DNA from: an uncultured Alphaproteobacteria bacterium
GTDB taxonomy: Bacteria; Pseudomonadota; Alphaproteobacteria; Rhizobiales; Hyphomicrobiaceae
Assembly: GCA_963714325.1 (NCBI GenBank)
Contig: CAVQOB010000006.1
Location: 171,071 to 235,070 of the forward strand
Direction of reading: 5' to 3'
DNA: 64,000 nucleotides
Shown: positions 19,745 through 30,723 of the stretch, in pieces
How the letters are laid out: each line of letters opens with the position of its first letter
How positions within the stretch are numbered: position 1 is the first letter of the stretch
Program-made: the position numbers and the translations under genes
Notes under the pieces: generated by a model
Database searches by the model: none
The model's input: only the letters and a program-made list of their open reading frames with translations
What the model was told of the DNA's origin: nothing

Positions 19745-20215
19745 TTAGGCGGCTGCCTGCACCGATGTTTGACCGGCCGCTTCACGCGTGTTTTCATGAG
19801 CAAGCGAACGGGTAATGGCCCACTTCAGGACTGTGCCGATCGCGAGGCACAGTGCCGCCGCCAGTAATGCGCCATTCGTTGTTTCACGGGCGATCAGCAA
19901 AGGTAGGACGGCGGCAAAGCCCAGTTCAACATCGTTGATCGTCGCTTGACGGATGCGGTCGAAGCAGGGCATCGGGCCAGCCGCCAAGTGTGCCAGCGGC
20001 TTCGACAAGGTCCAGAAGGCATATTTTCCGGCGCAACTGGCCAAGAGGTAGGCGCCGAATGCTGCGACTGCGCCGTTCGCTGTATTGCCCATCGCGCCGA
20101 GCACGACGAATGCCGCGGCGATGGCGACGATATGCATTGCCATCATGACGTTGGTCGCGCGGCTGAGCACGCCAGCCTCGGAAGTGGCACTGCGTTGCGG
20201 GTCAGTTGCTGACAT
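19745..20215 (-). CDS. hypothetical 4-TM membrane protein
   Basis: 156-aa ORF with four hydrophobic segments. No recognisable family. It sits between proB and proA on the opposite strand. Confidence 0.45.
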   Translation of the reverse strand: MSATDPQRSATSEAGVLSRATNVMMAMHIVAIAAAFVVLGAMGNTANGAVAAFGAYLLASCAGKYAFWTLSKPLAHLAAGPMPCFDRIRQATINDVELGFAAVLPLLIARETTNGALLAAALCLAIGTVLKWAITRSLAHENTREAAGQTSVQAAA

Positions 20216-20376
20216 TTATTTACCTGCCTGGTCAATTTGATACAGAACGATCACCGAAGGCGTTGACGTCGGCTGCATTGTCACCGCGATCCTTTGATGA
20301 AATGCCAACTTCGATGCTCTGGCGGGTCGATTTTTAGGGCAGATACTTTAGAATGTATGAAATCTAGTATAATACG

Positions 20377-21669
20377 ATGGTCATGAATAAACCCGACCGC
20401 AGCATTGCAACAGACATCGTCGACACCATGCACGCCATCGGCGTTGCGGCGCGGGCGGCGGCGCGGGCGTTGGCGTTGGCGTCGACTGAGCAGAAGAACC
20501 TTGCGCTGACGACGGCTGCAGCACGTTTGCGAGCGAGCGTTGCGGCGATCCTGGCGGCCAACAGGAAGGATCTCGAGGCAGCGCGCGCGAACGGCACGAC
20601 GGGGTCGTTTCTCGATCGTCTGACGTTGGACGCCCCGCGCATTGAAGTGATTGCGGTGGCATTAGAAGACATCTCGAAGCTCGATGACCCGGTTGGCGCG
20701 ACGATCGCGGAATGGGAGCGGCCAAACGGGCTGATGATTTCGCGCGTGCGGGTTCCGCTCGGCGTGGTCGGAATCATCTACGAGAGCCGGCCGAACGTCA
20801 CGGCGGACGCTGGTGGCCTGTGTCTGAAGGCTGGGAATGCGGCGATCCTGCGTGGGGGCTCCGACAGTTTCCATTCGTCGCGCGCGATCCATGCGTGTCT
20901 GGTCGAAGGGCTCAAGGCCGCGGAGTTGCCGGTGGCGAGCATCCAACTCGTACCGACGACGGATCGCGCGGCCGTCGGCGAGATGCTGCGCGGATTGGGC
21001 GGCGCTGTTGACGTCATCGTCCCGCGCGGCGGCAAGAGCTTGGTCAAACGTGTGCAGGACGAAGCGCGCGTGCCAGTGTTCGCCCACCTCGAAGGCATCT
21101 GCCACACCTACGTCGATCGTGGCGCCGACATCGACGCGGCGATCCCGCTCGTCGTGAATGCCAAGATGCGCCGCACCTCCATCTGCGGTGCCACCGAGTG
21201 CCTGCTGGTCGACAAAGGCACGCACGAAGACTACCTGACGCCCCTTGTCAAAGCCCTACTCCACGCAGGTTGCGAAGTCCGTGGCGATGCAGCAGCGCAG
21301 AAGTCCGACGCCCGCGTAAAGCCCGCTTCACCCGACGACTACGGCAAGGAATTTCTGGACTCAATCATCGCCGTCAAAACCGTCGACGGTGTCGACGAGG
21401 CGATCGCCCACATCCAGCAATACGGCTCGCAACACACCGACTGCATCGTCACCGAATGCAACGGCACCGCCGAACGCTTTCTGAAGCGCGTCGACAGCGC
21501 GATCGTCTTGCACAATGCCTCGACGCAATTTGCCGACGGTGGTGAGTTCGGCATGGGTGCGGAAATCGGTATCGCCACCGGAAAAATGCACGCCCGCGGC
21601 CCGGTCGGCGTCGAACAACTGACCAGCTTCAAGTACATCGTCCGCGGCACCGGGCAGGTGCGGAAGTAA
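20377..21669 (+). CDS. proA: glutamate-5-semialdehyde dehydrogenase
   Basis: Typical ProA sequence ([40 protein letters not shown]). Confidence 0.95.
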   Translation: MVMNKPDRSIATDIVDTMHAIGVAARAAARALALASTEQKNLALTTAAARLRASVAAILAANRKDLEAARANGTTGSFLDRLTLDAPRIEVIAVALEDISKLDDPVGATIAEWERPNGLMISRVRVPLGVVGIIYESRPNVTADAGGLCLKAGNAAILRGGSDSFHSSRAIHACLVEGLKAAELPVASIQLVPTTDRAAVGEMLRGLGGAVDVIVPRGGKSLVKRVQDEARVPVFAHLEGICHTYVDRGADIDAAIPLVVNAKMRRTSICGATECLLVDKGTHEDYLTPLVKALLHAGCEVRGDAAAQKSDARVKPASPDDYGKEFLDSIIAVKTVDGVDEAIAHIQQYGSQHTDCIVTECNGTAERFLKRVDSAIVLHNASTQFADGGEFGMGAEIGIATGKMHARGPVGVEQLTSFKYIVRGTGQVRK

Positions 21670-21675
21670 TCCGCA

Positions 21676-22833
21676 TCATGCCCCCGGCTTATCCGAGAAA
21701 AAGCTCGTCACCTTGGCGAAGAACCCCGTCGAAACCGGGCTATTCTCCGCCTTGCTTTCCTTCTCGAATTCCTCGAGCAGGTCGCGCTGACGGCGTGACA
21801 AATTCTTCGGCGTCTCGACTTCGACCTGGATGTACATGTCGCCCGAGACTTTCGAGCGCAGCACCGGCATGCCCTTGCCCTTCAGGCGGAACTGCTTGCC
21901 GCTCTCGCAGCCTTCCGGAACCTTCACACGCGTCTTCTGGCCTTCGACGGTCGGCACGTCGATTTGCCCACCGAGGGCCGCCGTCGTCATCGAGATCGGC
22001 ACGCGGCAGAAGATGTCGGCGCCGTCGCGCTGGAAGAGATCGTGCGGTTTGATCGAGAGGAAAATATAGAGGTCCCCCGCCGGGCCGCCACGTATGCCGG
22101 CTTCACCCTCGCCGGCAAGGCGGATGCGCGTGCCGTCCTCGACGCCCGCCGGAATGTTGACCGAGAGCGTGCGCTCCTTGGTGACGCGACCCGTCCCGGC
22201 ACATCCGGTGCAAGGATCGGAGATCACATCGCCACGCCCCTGGCACGCCGGGCAGGTGCGTTCGATCGTGAAGAAGCCTTGACTGGCGCGTACCTTGCCG
22301 TGCCCCTGGCAGCTCGCGCACGTGGTCGGCTGCGAGCCGGGCTTGGCGCCAGTCCCTTTGCAAGCCTCGCAGCCAAGACTTGCCGGCACACGGATTTGCG
22401 CGGTCTTGCCGGCGAACGCTTCTTCCAGCGCAATTTCCATATTGTAGCGCAGGTCAGCGCCACGCTCACGCCCTGACCGCTGGCGGCCTTGTTGCGGACC
22501 GCGCCGCCCACCCATGAACTCGCCGAATAGATCATCGAAAATATCCGACATCGACGACGCGAAGTCGGGACCAAACCCGCCGGGGCCACCTGGACCGCCG
22601 CGACCGCCTTCGAACGCCGCGTGGCCGAACTGATCGTAAGCTGCGCGCTTCTGCGGATCTTTCAAGACCTCGTAGGCTTCGCCGAGTTCTTTGAACTTCA
22701 CTTCGGCATCGATGTTGCCGGGATTGCGATCGGGATGCAGTTCCTTCGCCTTGTTGCGGAACGCCGACTTCAGTTCGTCCTCGCCGGCGCCCTTTTTCAC
22801 TCCGAGAATGTCGTAGTAGTCGCGCTTAGCCAT
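21676..22833 (-). CDS. dnaJ: molecular chaperone DnaJ
   Basis: J-domain [12 protein letters not shown]...HPDRN, a G/F-rich linker, and four CxxCxGxG zinc-finger repeats. Confidence 0.97.
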   Translation of the reverse strand: MAKRDYYDILGVKKGAGEDELKSAFRNKAKELHPDRNPGNIDAEVKFKELGEAYEVLKDPQKRAAYDQFGHAAFEGGRGGPGGPGGFGPDFASSMSDIFDDLFGEFMGGRRGPQQGRQRSGRERGADLRYNMEIALEEAFAGKTAQIRVPASLGCEACKGTGAKPGSQPTTCASCQGHGKVRASQGFFTIERTCPACQGRGDVISDPCTGCAGTGRVTKERTLSVNIPAGVEDGTRIRLAGEGEAGIRGGPAGDLYIFLSIKPHDLFQRDGADIFCRVPISMTTAALGGQIDVPTVEGQKTRVKVPEGCESGKQFRLKGKGMPVLRSKVSGDMYIQVEVETPKNLSRRQRDLLEEFEKESKAENSPVSTGFFAKVTSFFSDKPGA

Positions 22834-22836
22834 GAT

Positions 22837-23718
22837 TCAGCGGTGTCCGATTTCTGTTTGAGCGCGCGTCAAAATCACATTCATCTGCGTGCGCTGCGCG
22901 ACGCGGTAATTGTATGACGCGGCAAGCGTTATGACGGGCGGGGCGGTATCCTTGCCATCGACTTCAACGATAATGGTCTGGGGAAAAAGAGAGGCGGGCG
23001 CGGCCGAAAAAAAGCTATCGAGGACATCGTAGTCCATGCCCTCGACGTCGATCTTGATGGCATCAATGGCCGCCACGCCGTGACGCCGGCAAATATCGAG
23101 AATCGGTAGGATTTCGATATCAGCCTGATCGGTACCTTCGGTGGCGACGATCCTGTGCTCTCCGCGATTTTTCGGATGCTCGATGACGCGACCCTTGCCG
23201 CGGTGGGCGCCAACGCCACAGTCTTCTACGATAAATTGACCGGTAGCGTTCGAGAAAGCGACGTTTTCAACAAGCCGCGAACGCGTCTTTGCGTCGGGTT
23301 CAATCGCAATCACTTTGACACTGCGGTTGAGACTGCGCGCTGCGGATACAACGGACAAACCATAGAGACCGACATTGGCGCCAACATCAACGAAGACGAA
23401 CGACCCTGAGACCGAGGCCTTGACGGCTGCATCGAGAAACGCCCGCTCGGGCGAGTCAAAGAATTTGGCCGCGATGAATACGCGCTTTTCACAGGTGTTG
23501 GTCGTGGGATAGAGGCGGGCTTTGATGGTCGGAAAAATCTCGACGTCATAGACGCCTGCCCCTTGCCGCGCGATGATGCGCCGGATGATGGAGGCGCCAG
23601 CATGGCCGATACGGCCAGTCGGCAAACTGCCGGAACGCTGCCGCAACCATTCATAGGAACGCGGCAGGCTATAGGTGCCAAACGGGCGATGCGGCTCGGT
23701 TGCGTCGTGCGTGGCCAT
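22837..23718 (-). CDS. FkbM family methyltransferase
   Basis: SAM-binding motif FVFVDVGANVGLYGL and the later IDAIKIDVEGMDYDVL are typical of the FkbM family (TIGR01444-type). Its stop is 3 nt before the dnaJ ATG. Confidence 0.8.
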   Translation of the reverse strand: MATHDATEPHRPFGTYSLPRSYEWLRQRSGSLPTGRIGHAGASIIRRIIARQGAGVYDVEIFPTIKARLYPTTNTCEKRVFIAAKFFDSPERAFLDAAVKASVSGSFVFVDVGANVGLYGLSVVSAARSLNRSVKVIAIEPDAKTRSRLVENVAFSNATGQFIVEDCGVGAHRGKGRVIEHPKNRGEHRIVATEGTDQADIEILPILDICRRHGVAAIDAIKIDVEGMDYDVLDSFFSAAPASLFPQTIIVEVDGKDTAPPVITLAASYNYRVAQRTQMNVILTRAQTEIGHR

Positions 23719-23723
23719 GATCG

Positions 23724-24218
23724 TCAGAGGCCTTTCACAAGTTTAGCCTGAAGCCGATTGGGGACGACAGCTGCGCCCGCATCGGTCGCGCAGTCGGCGA
23801 GGAATCCGTTGTAGTCGTTGCGCAACTTGAGCGACTCGGCCTGCATCCAAGATTGGTACCGGTCTTGGCCGTCGAGTTTGTTGATTGCAAAGCCAACGAT
23901 GATGCGAAGGTTGGCGATGGCCACGTCACATCCACACGCATCCCGACCCGCTTGGCGTGCGGCCTCTGTGGCCGACGCTTGGCTCCCTAGATCGGCATAA
24001 AGCGCGGTCAACGCCGACAGTGATTTTAGCTCGAACGCTGCGGCCGCTCGCTGGTCCAAGGCGACCGTGGTCGGCAACAGGCGCACGGATTGTTGCTTGA
24101 CCGTTTCGGCTGCAACCGGGCTAACACCCAGCACCACACCCAGAACAGCAACAGCAAAAGAAGCGACGCTGCACAAACGCCGCTTCCCAATGGCAGATGC
24201 TGACCGACGGCTCAGCAA
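23724..24218 (-). CDS. secreted hypothetical protein
   Basis: TTG start with an AGGAG SD 9 nt upstream, immediately after the dnaK stop. Signal peptide ...FAVAVLGVVLGVSPVAAE. No family recognised. Confidence 0.5.
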   Translation of the reverse strand: MLSRRSASAIGKRRLCSVASFAVAVLGVVLGVSPVAAETVKQQSVRLLPTTVALDQRAAAAFELKSLSALTALYADLGSQASATEAARQAGRDACGCDVAIANLRIIVGFAINKLDGQDRYQSWMQAESLKLRNDYNGFLADCATDAGAAVVPNRLQAKLVKGL

Positions 24219-24231
24219 GGCGCGGTACTCC

Positions 24232-26166
24232 TTACGCGCTCTTCTTCTTGTCGTCCTTCACTTCTTCGAAGTCGGCATCGACGACGTTCTCGCCACTCTT
24301 GCCCGAACCGGACTTGGCACCTGCCGCCATCGGATCTTCATCCGCGCCGCCAGCGCCACCACCCTGATTACCGTAGAGCGCCTCGCCGAGCTTCATCGCA
24401 GCTTGCGCAAGCGCCGTCGTCTTAGCCTTGATCGCTTCATGATCCTCGCCCTTCATGCTCTCGCGCAGATCGACGGCGGCGGCTTCAATGGCCTTCTTGT
24501 CGCCCTCTGAAACCTTCTCGGCCAAATCCTTGACCGATTTCTCGGTCGAATGGATCAATGCTTCGCCGTGGTTACGTGCCTCGACCAGATCACGCTTCTT
24601 CTTGTCGTCGTCCTTGAAGCGCTCGGCCTCTTCAGTCATGCGCTTTATGTCGGCATCGGTCAGGCCGCCGGAGGCCTGGATACGGATTGACTGTTCCTTG
24701 TTGGTCGCCTTGTCCTTGGCGCCGACATTGACGATGCCATTGGCGTCGATATCGAACGTGACTTCCACTTGCGGGACGCCACGCGGCGCCGGCGGAATCC
24801 CAACGAGATCGAATTGGCCGAGCATCTTGTTGTCGGCCGCCATTTCGCGCTCGCCCTGGAACACGCGGATGGTGACGGCGTTCTGGCCGTCTTCCGCCGT
24901 CGAGAACACCTGGCTCTTCTTAGTCGGGATCGTCGTATTGCGATCGATCAGCCGTGTGAACACGCCACCCAACGTCTCGATGCCGAGCGACAGCGGCGTC
25001 ACGTCGAGCAGCAGCACATCCTTGACATCGCCCTTCAGCACGCCGGCCTGGATCGCAGCACCGACGGCCACGACTTCATCGGGGTTGACGCCCTTGTGCG
25101 GCTCCTTGCCGAACAGCTCCTTGACGATCTGCTGTACCTTCGGCATGCGAGTCATACCGCCGACCAGCACAACTTCATCGATCTCAGCGGCTTTCAGGCC
25201 TGCATCCGACAGCGCCTGCTTGCACGGACCTTTCGTCCGCTCGATGAAATCTTCAACGAGGCTCTCAAGCTTCGAACGCGTCAACTTCATCGTCAAATGC
25301 TTCGGACCGGATTGATCGGCCGTGATGAACGGCAGATTGACTTCGGTCTGCTGCGACGACGACAGCTCGATCTTTGCTTTTTCGGCGGCTTCCTTCAGCC
25401 GCTGCAGTGCCAGCTTGTCGTTCTTGAGATCGATGCCGTTCTCTTTTTTGAATTCGGTCGCGAAGTATTCGACAAGACGCATGTCGAAGTCCTCACCGCC
25501 GAGGAATGTGTCGCCGTTGGTCGACTTCACTTCGAACACACCATCGCCGATTTCCAGAATGGAAATATCGAACGTACCGCCGCCGAGGTCGTAGACTGCG
25601 ATCGTCTTGGCTGTCGTCTTCTTGTCCAGGCCATAGGCCAACGCTGCCGCCGTCGGCTCGTTGATGATGCGGAGAACTTCAAGGCCCGCGATCTTGCCGG
25701 CGTCCTTTGTCGCCTGCCGCTGCGCGTCGTTGAAGTAGGCGGGAACGGTGATCACCGCCTGTGTCACCTTCTCGCCAAGCTTGGCTTCGGCCGTCTCCTT
25801 CATCTTCTGCAGGATCGCGGCGGAAACTTCTGCCGGCGAATACTGCTTGCCCTGGCTTTCGACCCAGGCATCACCGTTCGGTCCCTTGATGATCGTGTAG
25901 GGAACGAGCTTCTTGTCCTTTTCGACCATCGGGTCGTCATAGCGCCGGCCAATGAGGCGCTTGATCGCAAAGAGCGTGTTCGTCGGGTTGGTGACACCCT
26001 GGCGCTTGGCCGGCAGGCCAACGAGCCGCTCGGTCTCCGTGAAGGCGACGATCGATGGGGTGGTGTTGGCACCCTCCGAGTTCTCCAGCACCTTCGGCTT
26101 GGAACCTTCCATCACCGCGACGCACGAATTGGTTGTTCCGAGGTCGATACCAATAACTTTGCCCAT
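24232..26166 (-). CDS. dnaK: molecular chaperone DnaK
   Basis: [21 protein letters not shown]..., full-length Hsp70 with an [11 protein letters not shown]-type tail. Confidence 0.98.
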   Translation of the reverse strand: MGKVIGIDLGTTNSCVAVMEGSKPKVLENSEGANTTPSIVAFTETERLVGLPAKRQGVTNPTNTLFAIKRLIGRRYDDPMVEKDKKLVPYTIIKGPNGDAWVESQGKQYSPAEVSAAILQKMKETAEAKLGEKVTQAVITVPAYFNDAQRQATKDAGKIAGLEVLRIINEPTAAALAYGLDKKTTAKTIAVYDLGGGTFDISILEIGDGVFEVKSTNGDTFLGGEDFDMRLVEYFATEFKKENGIDLKNDKLALQRLKEAAEKAKIELSSSQQTEVNLPFITADQSGPKHLTMKLTRSKLESLVEDFIERTKGPCKQALSDAGLKAAEIDEVVLVGGMTRMPKVQQIVKELFGKEPHKGVNPDEVVAVGAAIQAGVLKGDVKDVLLLDVTPLSLGIETLGGVFTRLIDRNTTIPTKKSQVFSTAEDGQNAVTIRVFQGEREMAADNKMLGQFDLVGIPPAPRGVPQVEVTFDIDANGIVNVGAKDKATNKEQSIRIQASGGLTDADIKRMTEEAERFKDDDKKKRDLVEARNHGEALIHSTEKSVKDLAEKVSEGDKKAIEAAAVDLRESMKGEDHEAIKAKTTALAQAAMKLGEALYGNQGGGAGGADEDPMAAGAKSGSGKSGENVVDADFEEVKDDKKKSA

Positions 26167-26329
26167 GTCAGTCCATTCCTCTTGGATAACGTCAGGGTGT
26201 CCGGACCCAACTCAGGCATCCGGTCACCCTTGGTTCTTCAACTACGACGATCGTTAACCGCGCCATTGCTTGACTGCGGCGGCGGCGGTTCATGCCTCGG
26301 GGTCAACCCCCCAGTTCAAATGATGACTT

Positions 26330-26366
26330 TCGGTATATAGGTGGGCCTTTCCTGGCCTGCAACGCC
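26330..26366 (-). promoter_or_regulatory. candidate RpoH (sigma32)-type promoter for dnaK
   Basis: The minus strand reads GTTG, an 18-nt spacer, then CCTATATACC. This approximates the alphaproteobacterial consensus CTTG-N17/18-CYTATNTNNG. It lies about 170 nt upstream of the dnaK ATG. Confidence 0.3.
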
Positions 26367-26461
26367 TGGATGCGCACTCATCGTCGCAATCCCCTTACAA
26401 TCGACCGGCCTGATCGTCGCGGTCAGCGCCCTTGAGCCCGATCCATTAAATAGGACTTTGC

Positions 26462-27133
26462 ATGAAGCAGGCCAAATCAGACCTTTTTGGTCATCCAACG
26501 GAGGACCGCAGCCCGACTGGCCCGCCGCCGCAGACGTTTCGGCACCTGCCCGGAGCGTTGGCGCTCACGGCACAGAGAGCGTTGCTGGCCGATATTGAGG
26601 CGTGCCTGCTGATTGCGCCGCGGTTTACGCCGACTATGCCACGGACCGGAAAGCCCTTTTCGGTTGCCATGAGCAACGCCGGCCCGCTCGGGTGGGTCAG
26701 CGATCGCGACCGCGGGTATCGCTATCAGTCGACGCATCCGTTGACGGGTGAGCCCTGGCCGGCGATCCCGGCAGCGCTGCTCGGCCTGTGGAAAACTCAT
26801 GCGAACTATTCGGCCGCGCCCGAAGCCTGCCTGATCAACTTTTATGTCGCGGGTGCAAAGATGGGCTCGCACGTCGACCGCGACGAACAGGACCGCTTGG
26901 CGCCCGTGCTCTCGGTCTCACTCGGCGATGACGCTGTCTTCCATGTCGGGGGAACGGAACGCGGCGGGCGCAAGGACCGCGTCACACTTAAGTCCGGCGA
27001 TGTGCTCCTGCTCGAAGGCGCCAGCCGCTTCGCCTACCACGGCATCGATCGTGTGCTGCCGGGGACGTCCAATCTGATTCCGGGTGGTGGGCGGATTAAT
27101 CTGACGTTGCGGCGGGTGACGGTGGGCCGGTGA
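26462..27133 (+). CDS. alkB: alpha-ketoglutarate-dependent dioxygenase AlkB
   Basis: Fe(II)/2OG motifs GSHVDRDE (HxD), FAYHGI, RINLTLRRV. Confidence 0.88.
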   Translation: MKQAKSDLFGHPTEDRSPTGPPPQTFRHLPGALALTAQRALLADIEACLLIAPRFTPTMPRTGKPFSVAMSNAGPLGWVSDRDRGYRYQSTHPLTGEPWPAIPAALLGLWKTHANYSAAPEACLINFYVAGAKMGSHVDRDEQDRLAPVLSVSLGDDAVFHVGGTERGGRKDRVTLKSGDVLLLEGASRFAYHGIDRVLPGTSNLIPGGGRINLTLRRVTVGR

Positions 27134-27155
27134 GGTCAGGGGCTGTGCTGCTGTT

Positions 27156-28529
27156 TCAAGCGGGCGTCTCGGTCAGCTTGAACAATGGCGCGTCGCTTGG
27201 CTGGATGGTCAGGCGACCCACAGGCATGACGGGTTGCTTGCTCTCGATCGAGAGAGTGTACTTTTGCAGGACCGTTGCCAGCATGATCTGAGCTTCGGCC
27301 AGAGCAAAGATCGCGCCGATGCAGATGCGCGGGCCGGCGCCGAACGGCAAGTATGCGCCACTCGCGGTCCACGGCGCGGGTTGGCCGGCAAACCGATCAG
27401 GCATGAAGGCCGTTGGATTCTGCCAGTGCTTGCGATGGCGATGCAGCACCCAGGGCGCGACATACACTTGCGCACCGCGTTTCACGCGCTCGCCTATAAT
27501 GACGTCATCCTCGATCGGCTGACGCATCAGCAGTGGTACCGGAGGGTAGAGCCGCAATGTTTCCAGTAGCACAAGGCGTAGTCGTGGCCAGCGCGCGAGG
27601 TCGTCGAGGGTTCTGATGTGCTCGGGCGGAAACGCTGCCACTTCGGCGCGAAGCGTTGCTTGCTCGGCTTGATCCAGCGTCAGGAGGTAGGAGGCCCAGA
27701 ACATCAGCCGCGCGGTGGTTTCGTAACCTGCAAAGATCATCGTTGCGGCTTGATCACGGACTTCATCGGCGGCGAGTGGCTTGCCGGTTTCCGCATCGCG
27801 CGCCGCCAGCAAGAGATCGAGCAGATCGCGATGTCCTGCGGCATGGGGTGACTGCCTGCGGGCAGCGACAAGTGCTGCGACTGCGGCGAACCAGCGCTTC
27901 TGGAATGCACGTCGCCCGCTCAATGCTAAGCCGAATGTGGTTTCGGATTTGGCGAAGCCGTCGAAGACCTGCGGCCGGCCGGGGCCGTTGACATACTGTC
28001 GCACTAAGTTGCCGATGTGATCGCGTTCCAATGGTCTGGAGACGGAAAAAAGTGCCCGAAGTACGGCGTTCAAGGCGGCGGCCTGAAAGGCATCGGAGAG
28101 ATCAACGCTTGGCTCGCCGTCCAGTTGGTCGCCGAGGTCTTTGGCGGCCGCGATGACGTGAGGCAGCATGATGTTGACGTTGTGCGGCGTGAACGTAGGC
28201 GATAGCACGCGGCGCTGCCGACGCCACTCACCGCCTTCTGCCGAGAATAATCCTTGCCCTAATATCGGGCGCATGATCCGCATCATCATGACCGGACGGA
28301 CATAGTTCGCGGCGTTCGTCGTCATGATGTGGCGAACGCCGACTGGGTCATTGATCAGGACGCTCTCGATACCGAACACTTTGTTCCGGCTAAAGGGCAC
28401 ATCGAAGGCATAGTCGGGCCAGATGGCGAGGCTGTTGCGTATGCTCGTCGACAACAACTTGAGGGGAGACAGGTCCTTGGCGTGGACGGCTGGCGCTGGA
28501 GGAATAATGGACGGCGACTTGTCGAGCAT
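27156..28529 (-). CDS. cytochrome P450
   Basis: Heme-ligand motif FGAGPRICIGAIFA, ExxR (ETLRLYPP) and I-helix AGYETTA. The start is ambiguous (ATG 28529 or 28610). The longest ORF start at 28730 would overlap the divergent AraC gene. Confidence 0.85.
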   Translation of the reverse strand: MLDKSPSIIPPAPAVHAKDLSPLKLLSTSIRNSLAIWPDYAFDVPFSRNKVFGIESVLINDPVGVRHIMTTNAANYVRPVMMMRIMRPILGQGLFSAEGGEWRRQRRVLSPTFTPHNVNIMLPHVIAAAKDLGDQLDGEPSVDLSDAFQAAALNAVLRALFSVSRPLERDHIGNLVRQYVNGPGRPQVFDGFAKSETTFGLALSGRRAFQKRWFAAVAALVAARRQSPHAAGHRDLLDLLLAARDAETGKPLAADEVRDQAATMIFAGYETTARLMFWASYLLTLDQAEQATLRAEVAAFPPEHIRTLDDLARWPRLRLVLLETLRLYPPVPLLMRQPIEDDVIIGERVKRGAQVYVAPWVLHRHRKHWQNPTAFMPDRFAGQPAPWTASGAYLPFGAGPRICIGAIFALAEAQIMLATVLQKYTLSIESKQPVMPVGRLTIQPSDAPLFKLTETPA

Positions 28530-28647
28530 GGCGGCCTGTTGCACTTGGAATTCCTGATTGCTTTCAAGGTGGCAGAGGCCAATAGTCGCTGTCTTGAACG
28601 GATCGGACATCGTCGGCTGATCCGCCAGATGTCCAGGATGGAGAACG

Positions 28648-29544
28648 ATGACGTCGCCGACCACCTCGAAGATCGTGTGGCCCAGTCCGGCGCTTGCTGG
28701 TTGCGTTTTCTGCGTTATTGAGCGCGACACGCGGGGCGTCTCGCTTGATCATGCTGAGCGGTTCAATTTTTTTCCGGCGTCGCCGCTCTGCTGCGTGACC
28801 TGGGTATTTGCCGGCGACGTCCATTTGATCGATCAACCCGCGCAGATGGAGCGCCCGTGGACCGGTGCGCGGTTGCCGACTTTGGCCTTTTCGGGCGCGC
28901 AACTTGGACCGCTGGTCAGTTGGAACCCTGGCGAGACATACTCGATTGTCGTCGCATTTTACCCCGATGCTTTTGCGGCGATGACTGGGCTCGATTTAAG
29001 TTTCTTTACCGGACGCATGGTGCCGGCCGAAGACGCGCTGCCGTCCTCGATGCTAGAGCCCTGTCGACAATTCTTCAATGATGTTCAGCGCGATGGATTT
29101 GACGACGGTTTCTCGGCTCTCCAGCGTGAGATCGACATCGTGTGGTCGGCCAAGCGCCCTCCAGGGACTCGACCTGTGCAGTGGCTCAACGATTGGAGTC
29201 GACGGTTAGCTAGTCGCGCGGCGTTGTCGGCTGCAGGACGTAGCCCACGGCAGATCGCACGACGGGTCAAATCGTGGACCGGCGTCAGCGAGCGCGACCT
29301 GCAGGGGCTTGGTCACTCCGAGCAGCTCTACGCCAAGATTCATGCGGCTATGCAGAAGGGCGAGTTAGACTGGTCCGATCTTGCGGCTGACTCCGGTTTT
29401 GCCGATCAGGCGCACATGATCCGGCGCATGCGACAGCACACAGGCTTCACGCCGGTGCAACTGCGCCGGCGCGCGGCGAACGATGAAGCTTTGTGGGCTT
29501 ATCGCCTGCTTGGACAATATTTTTCAAAGCCCAATCTCCCGTAG
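28648..29544 (+). CDS. AraC family transcriptional regulator
   Basis: C-terminal HTH: LAADSGFADQAHMIRRMRQHTGFTPVQLRR. GGAG SD upstream of ATG 28648. Divergent from the P450 gene. Confidence 0.8.
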   Translation: MTSPTTSKIVWPSPALAGCVFCVIERDTRGVSLDHAERFNFFPASPLCCVTWVFAGDVHLIDQPAQMERPWTGARLPTLAFSGAQLGPLVSWNPGETYSIVVAFYPDAFAAMTGLDLSFFTGRMVPAEDALPSSMLEPCRQFFNDVQRDGFDDGFSALQREIDIVWSAKRPPGTRPVQWLNDWSRRLASRAALSAAGRSPRQIARRVKSWTGVSERDLQGLGHSEQLYAKIHAAMQKGELDWSDLAADSGFADQAHMIRRMRQHTGFTPVQLRRRAANDEALWAYRLLGQYFSKPNLP

Positions 29545-29646
29545 GTCTATCCAGCACAGAGTGCCTGCTTGGTTGCTGCGTGTTGTTAGATTCTACGCCG
29601 TTTACGGCAACGCATTTGAGCAGATCGCGGCGGGTGACGGTGCCGG

Positions 29647-30207
29647 TTACTCTGACGGTTTCGTGTTGATGGCGGCATAGATCATGGCGCTGGCGTAGCG
29701 ATCACCGACACGCCAATAATCCACGAGAGGCCCGCCTTCACAGCGAAACCCGAGCTTCTCGACCAATCGGATGGAGCCGGCATTGTCGGGGTGGATCAGC
29801 GCTTCGATGCGATGCGCGGACAGCGTCTCATAACAATAGGTGAGCACGGCCTGCACGGCCTCGGTGCCGAAGCCTTTGCGTTGTTGGGCGGGCGCTACGA
29901 TGTAGGCCAGTTCTAGACGGCGATTGCGCTGTTCGCGATGGTGATAGCTGACCATGCCGAAGCATTGATCGCTGGTTTTGCTGCAGATGGCCCACGCCAG
30001 ATAACTGTAGTGGCTGGTGATCTTGCGCAGTCCTGCCATTATTTTCTCGGTCTCCGCAATTGTCTGGCAAGGCGGCGCATTCCAATACGGCAACGCCTGC
30101 GCATCGCTGAAGCAGGCGTGCAAACCCGCTGCATCGCGCGTTTCGATTTGCCGCAGGCGCAGCCGCCGCGTTTTTAGCGCGGGAAATGTATCGGAAGACT
30201 TCGCCAT
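29647..30207 (-). CDS. GNAT family N-acetyltransferase
   Basis: TRRLRLRQ start motif, QQRKGFGTEAV, EKLGFRCEG. Confidence 0.8.
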   Translation of the reverse strand: MAKSSDTFPALKTRRLRLRQIETRDAAGLHACFSDAQALPYWNAPPCQTIAETEKIMAGLRKITSHYSYLAWAICSKTSDQCFGMVSYHHREQRNRRLELAYIVAPAQQRKGFGTEAVQAVLTYCYETLSAHRIEALIHPDNAGSIRLVEKLGFRCEGGPLVDYWRVGDRYASAMIYAAINTKPSE

Positions 30208-30450
30208 GCGCGCTCACCACCGCTGCATCGTGCCAAACGTGCTGACCTTAAGGGAATCGTGCACGATGACGCAACGCCGGCCAGCGGGCGGCACACCACC
30301 GCGTGCTGTCTGCTTCATGCTCTTGCGGTTGGGCCAACACGTGACGCACGCACCAACACCCCCGTTGCCATGGTCGGCCATTTTGCTGGCCACCCATTGT
30401 GCAACGGACGCGGTACTCGCGGCTAGGGGCCAATGAGGCCCGGAGAAAGA

Positions 30451-30723
30451 TCATCTCAACGGGGATTGTCGCGATCCAGTAGATTGCACTCCCAGTCGCG
30501 CGGCCAACGCCTCATCGATGTTTAACGCTGGATGCCACCTTCGTGCTTTGCCAATGTTCGTACCAAGGGAGGTGATGCACACGATAGCGCCGCGTAAAAC
30601 GCTGGCGGTGCCGTTGCGATGGTCTTCGATGCGGCGGCCCAGATCATTGGTCACGCCGAGATAAAGAGTGCCGTAAAGTTTTCTGGCCAATAGGTAGACG
30701 AAATTGTCATGCGTGTTCTGCAT
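30451..30723 (-). pseudogene. GIY-YIG nuclease family gene remnant (multiple frame disruptions)
   Basis: MQNTHDNFVYLLARKLYGTLYLGVTNDLGRRIEDHRNGTAS matches the GIY-YIG core. The expected continuation FTRRYRVHHLPWYEHW appears only in another frame, followed by premature stops. Confidence 0.6.

Noticed and set aside
24769-26340. 523-aa plus-strand ORF, plus the 286-aa ORF at 24455..25315
   Set aside because: Both are antisense to dnaK and are Arg/Leu/Asp-rich shadow frames of a highly conserved gene.
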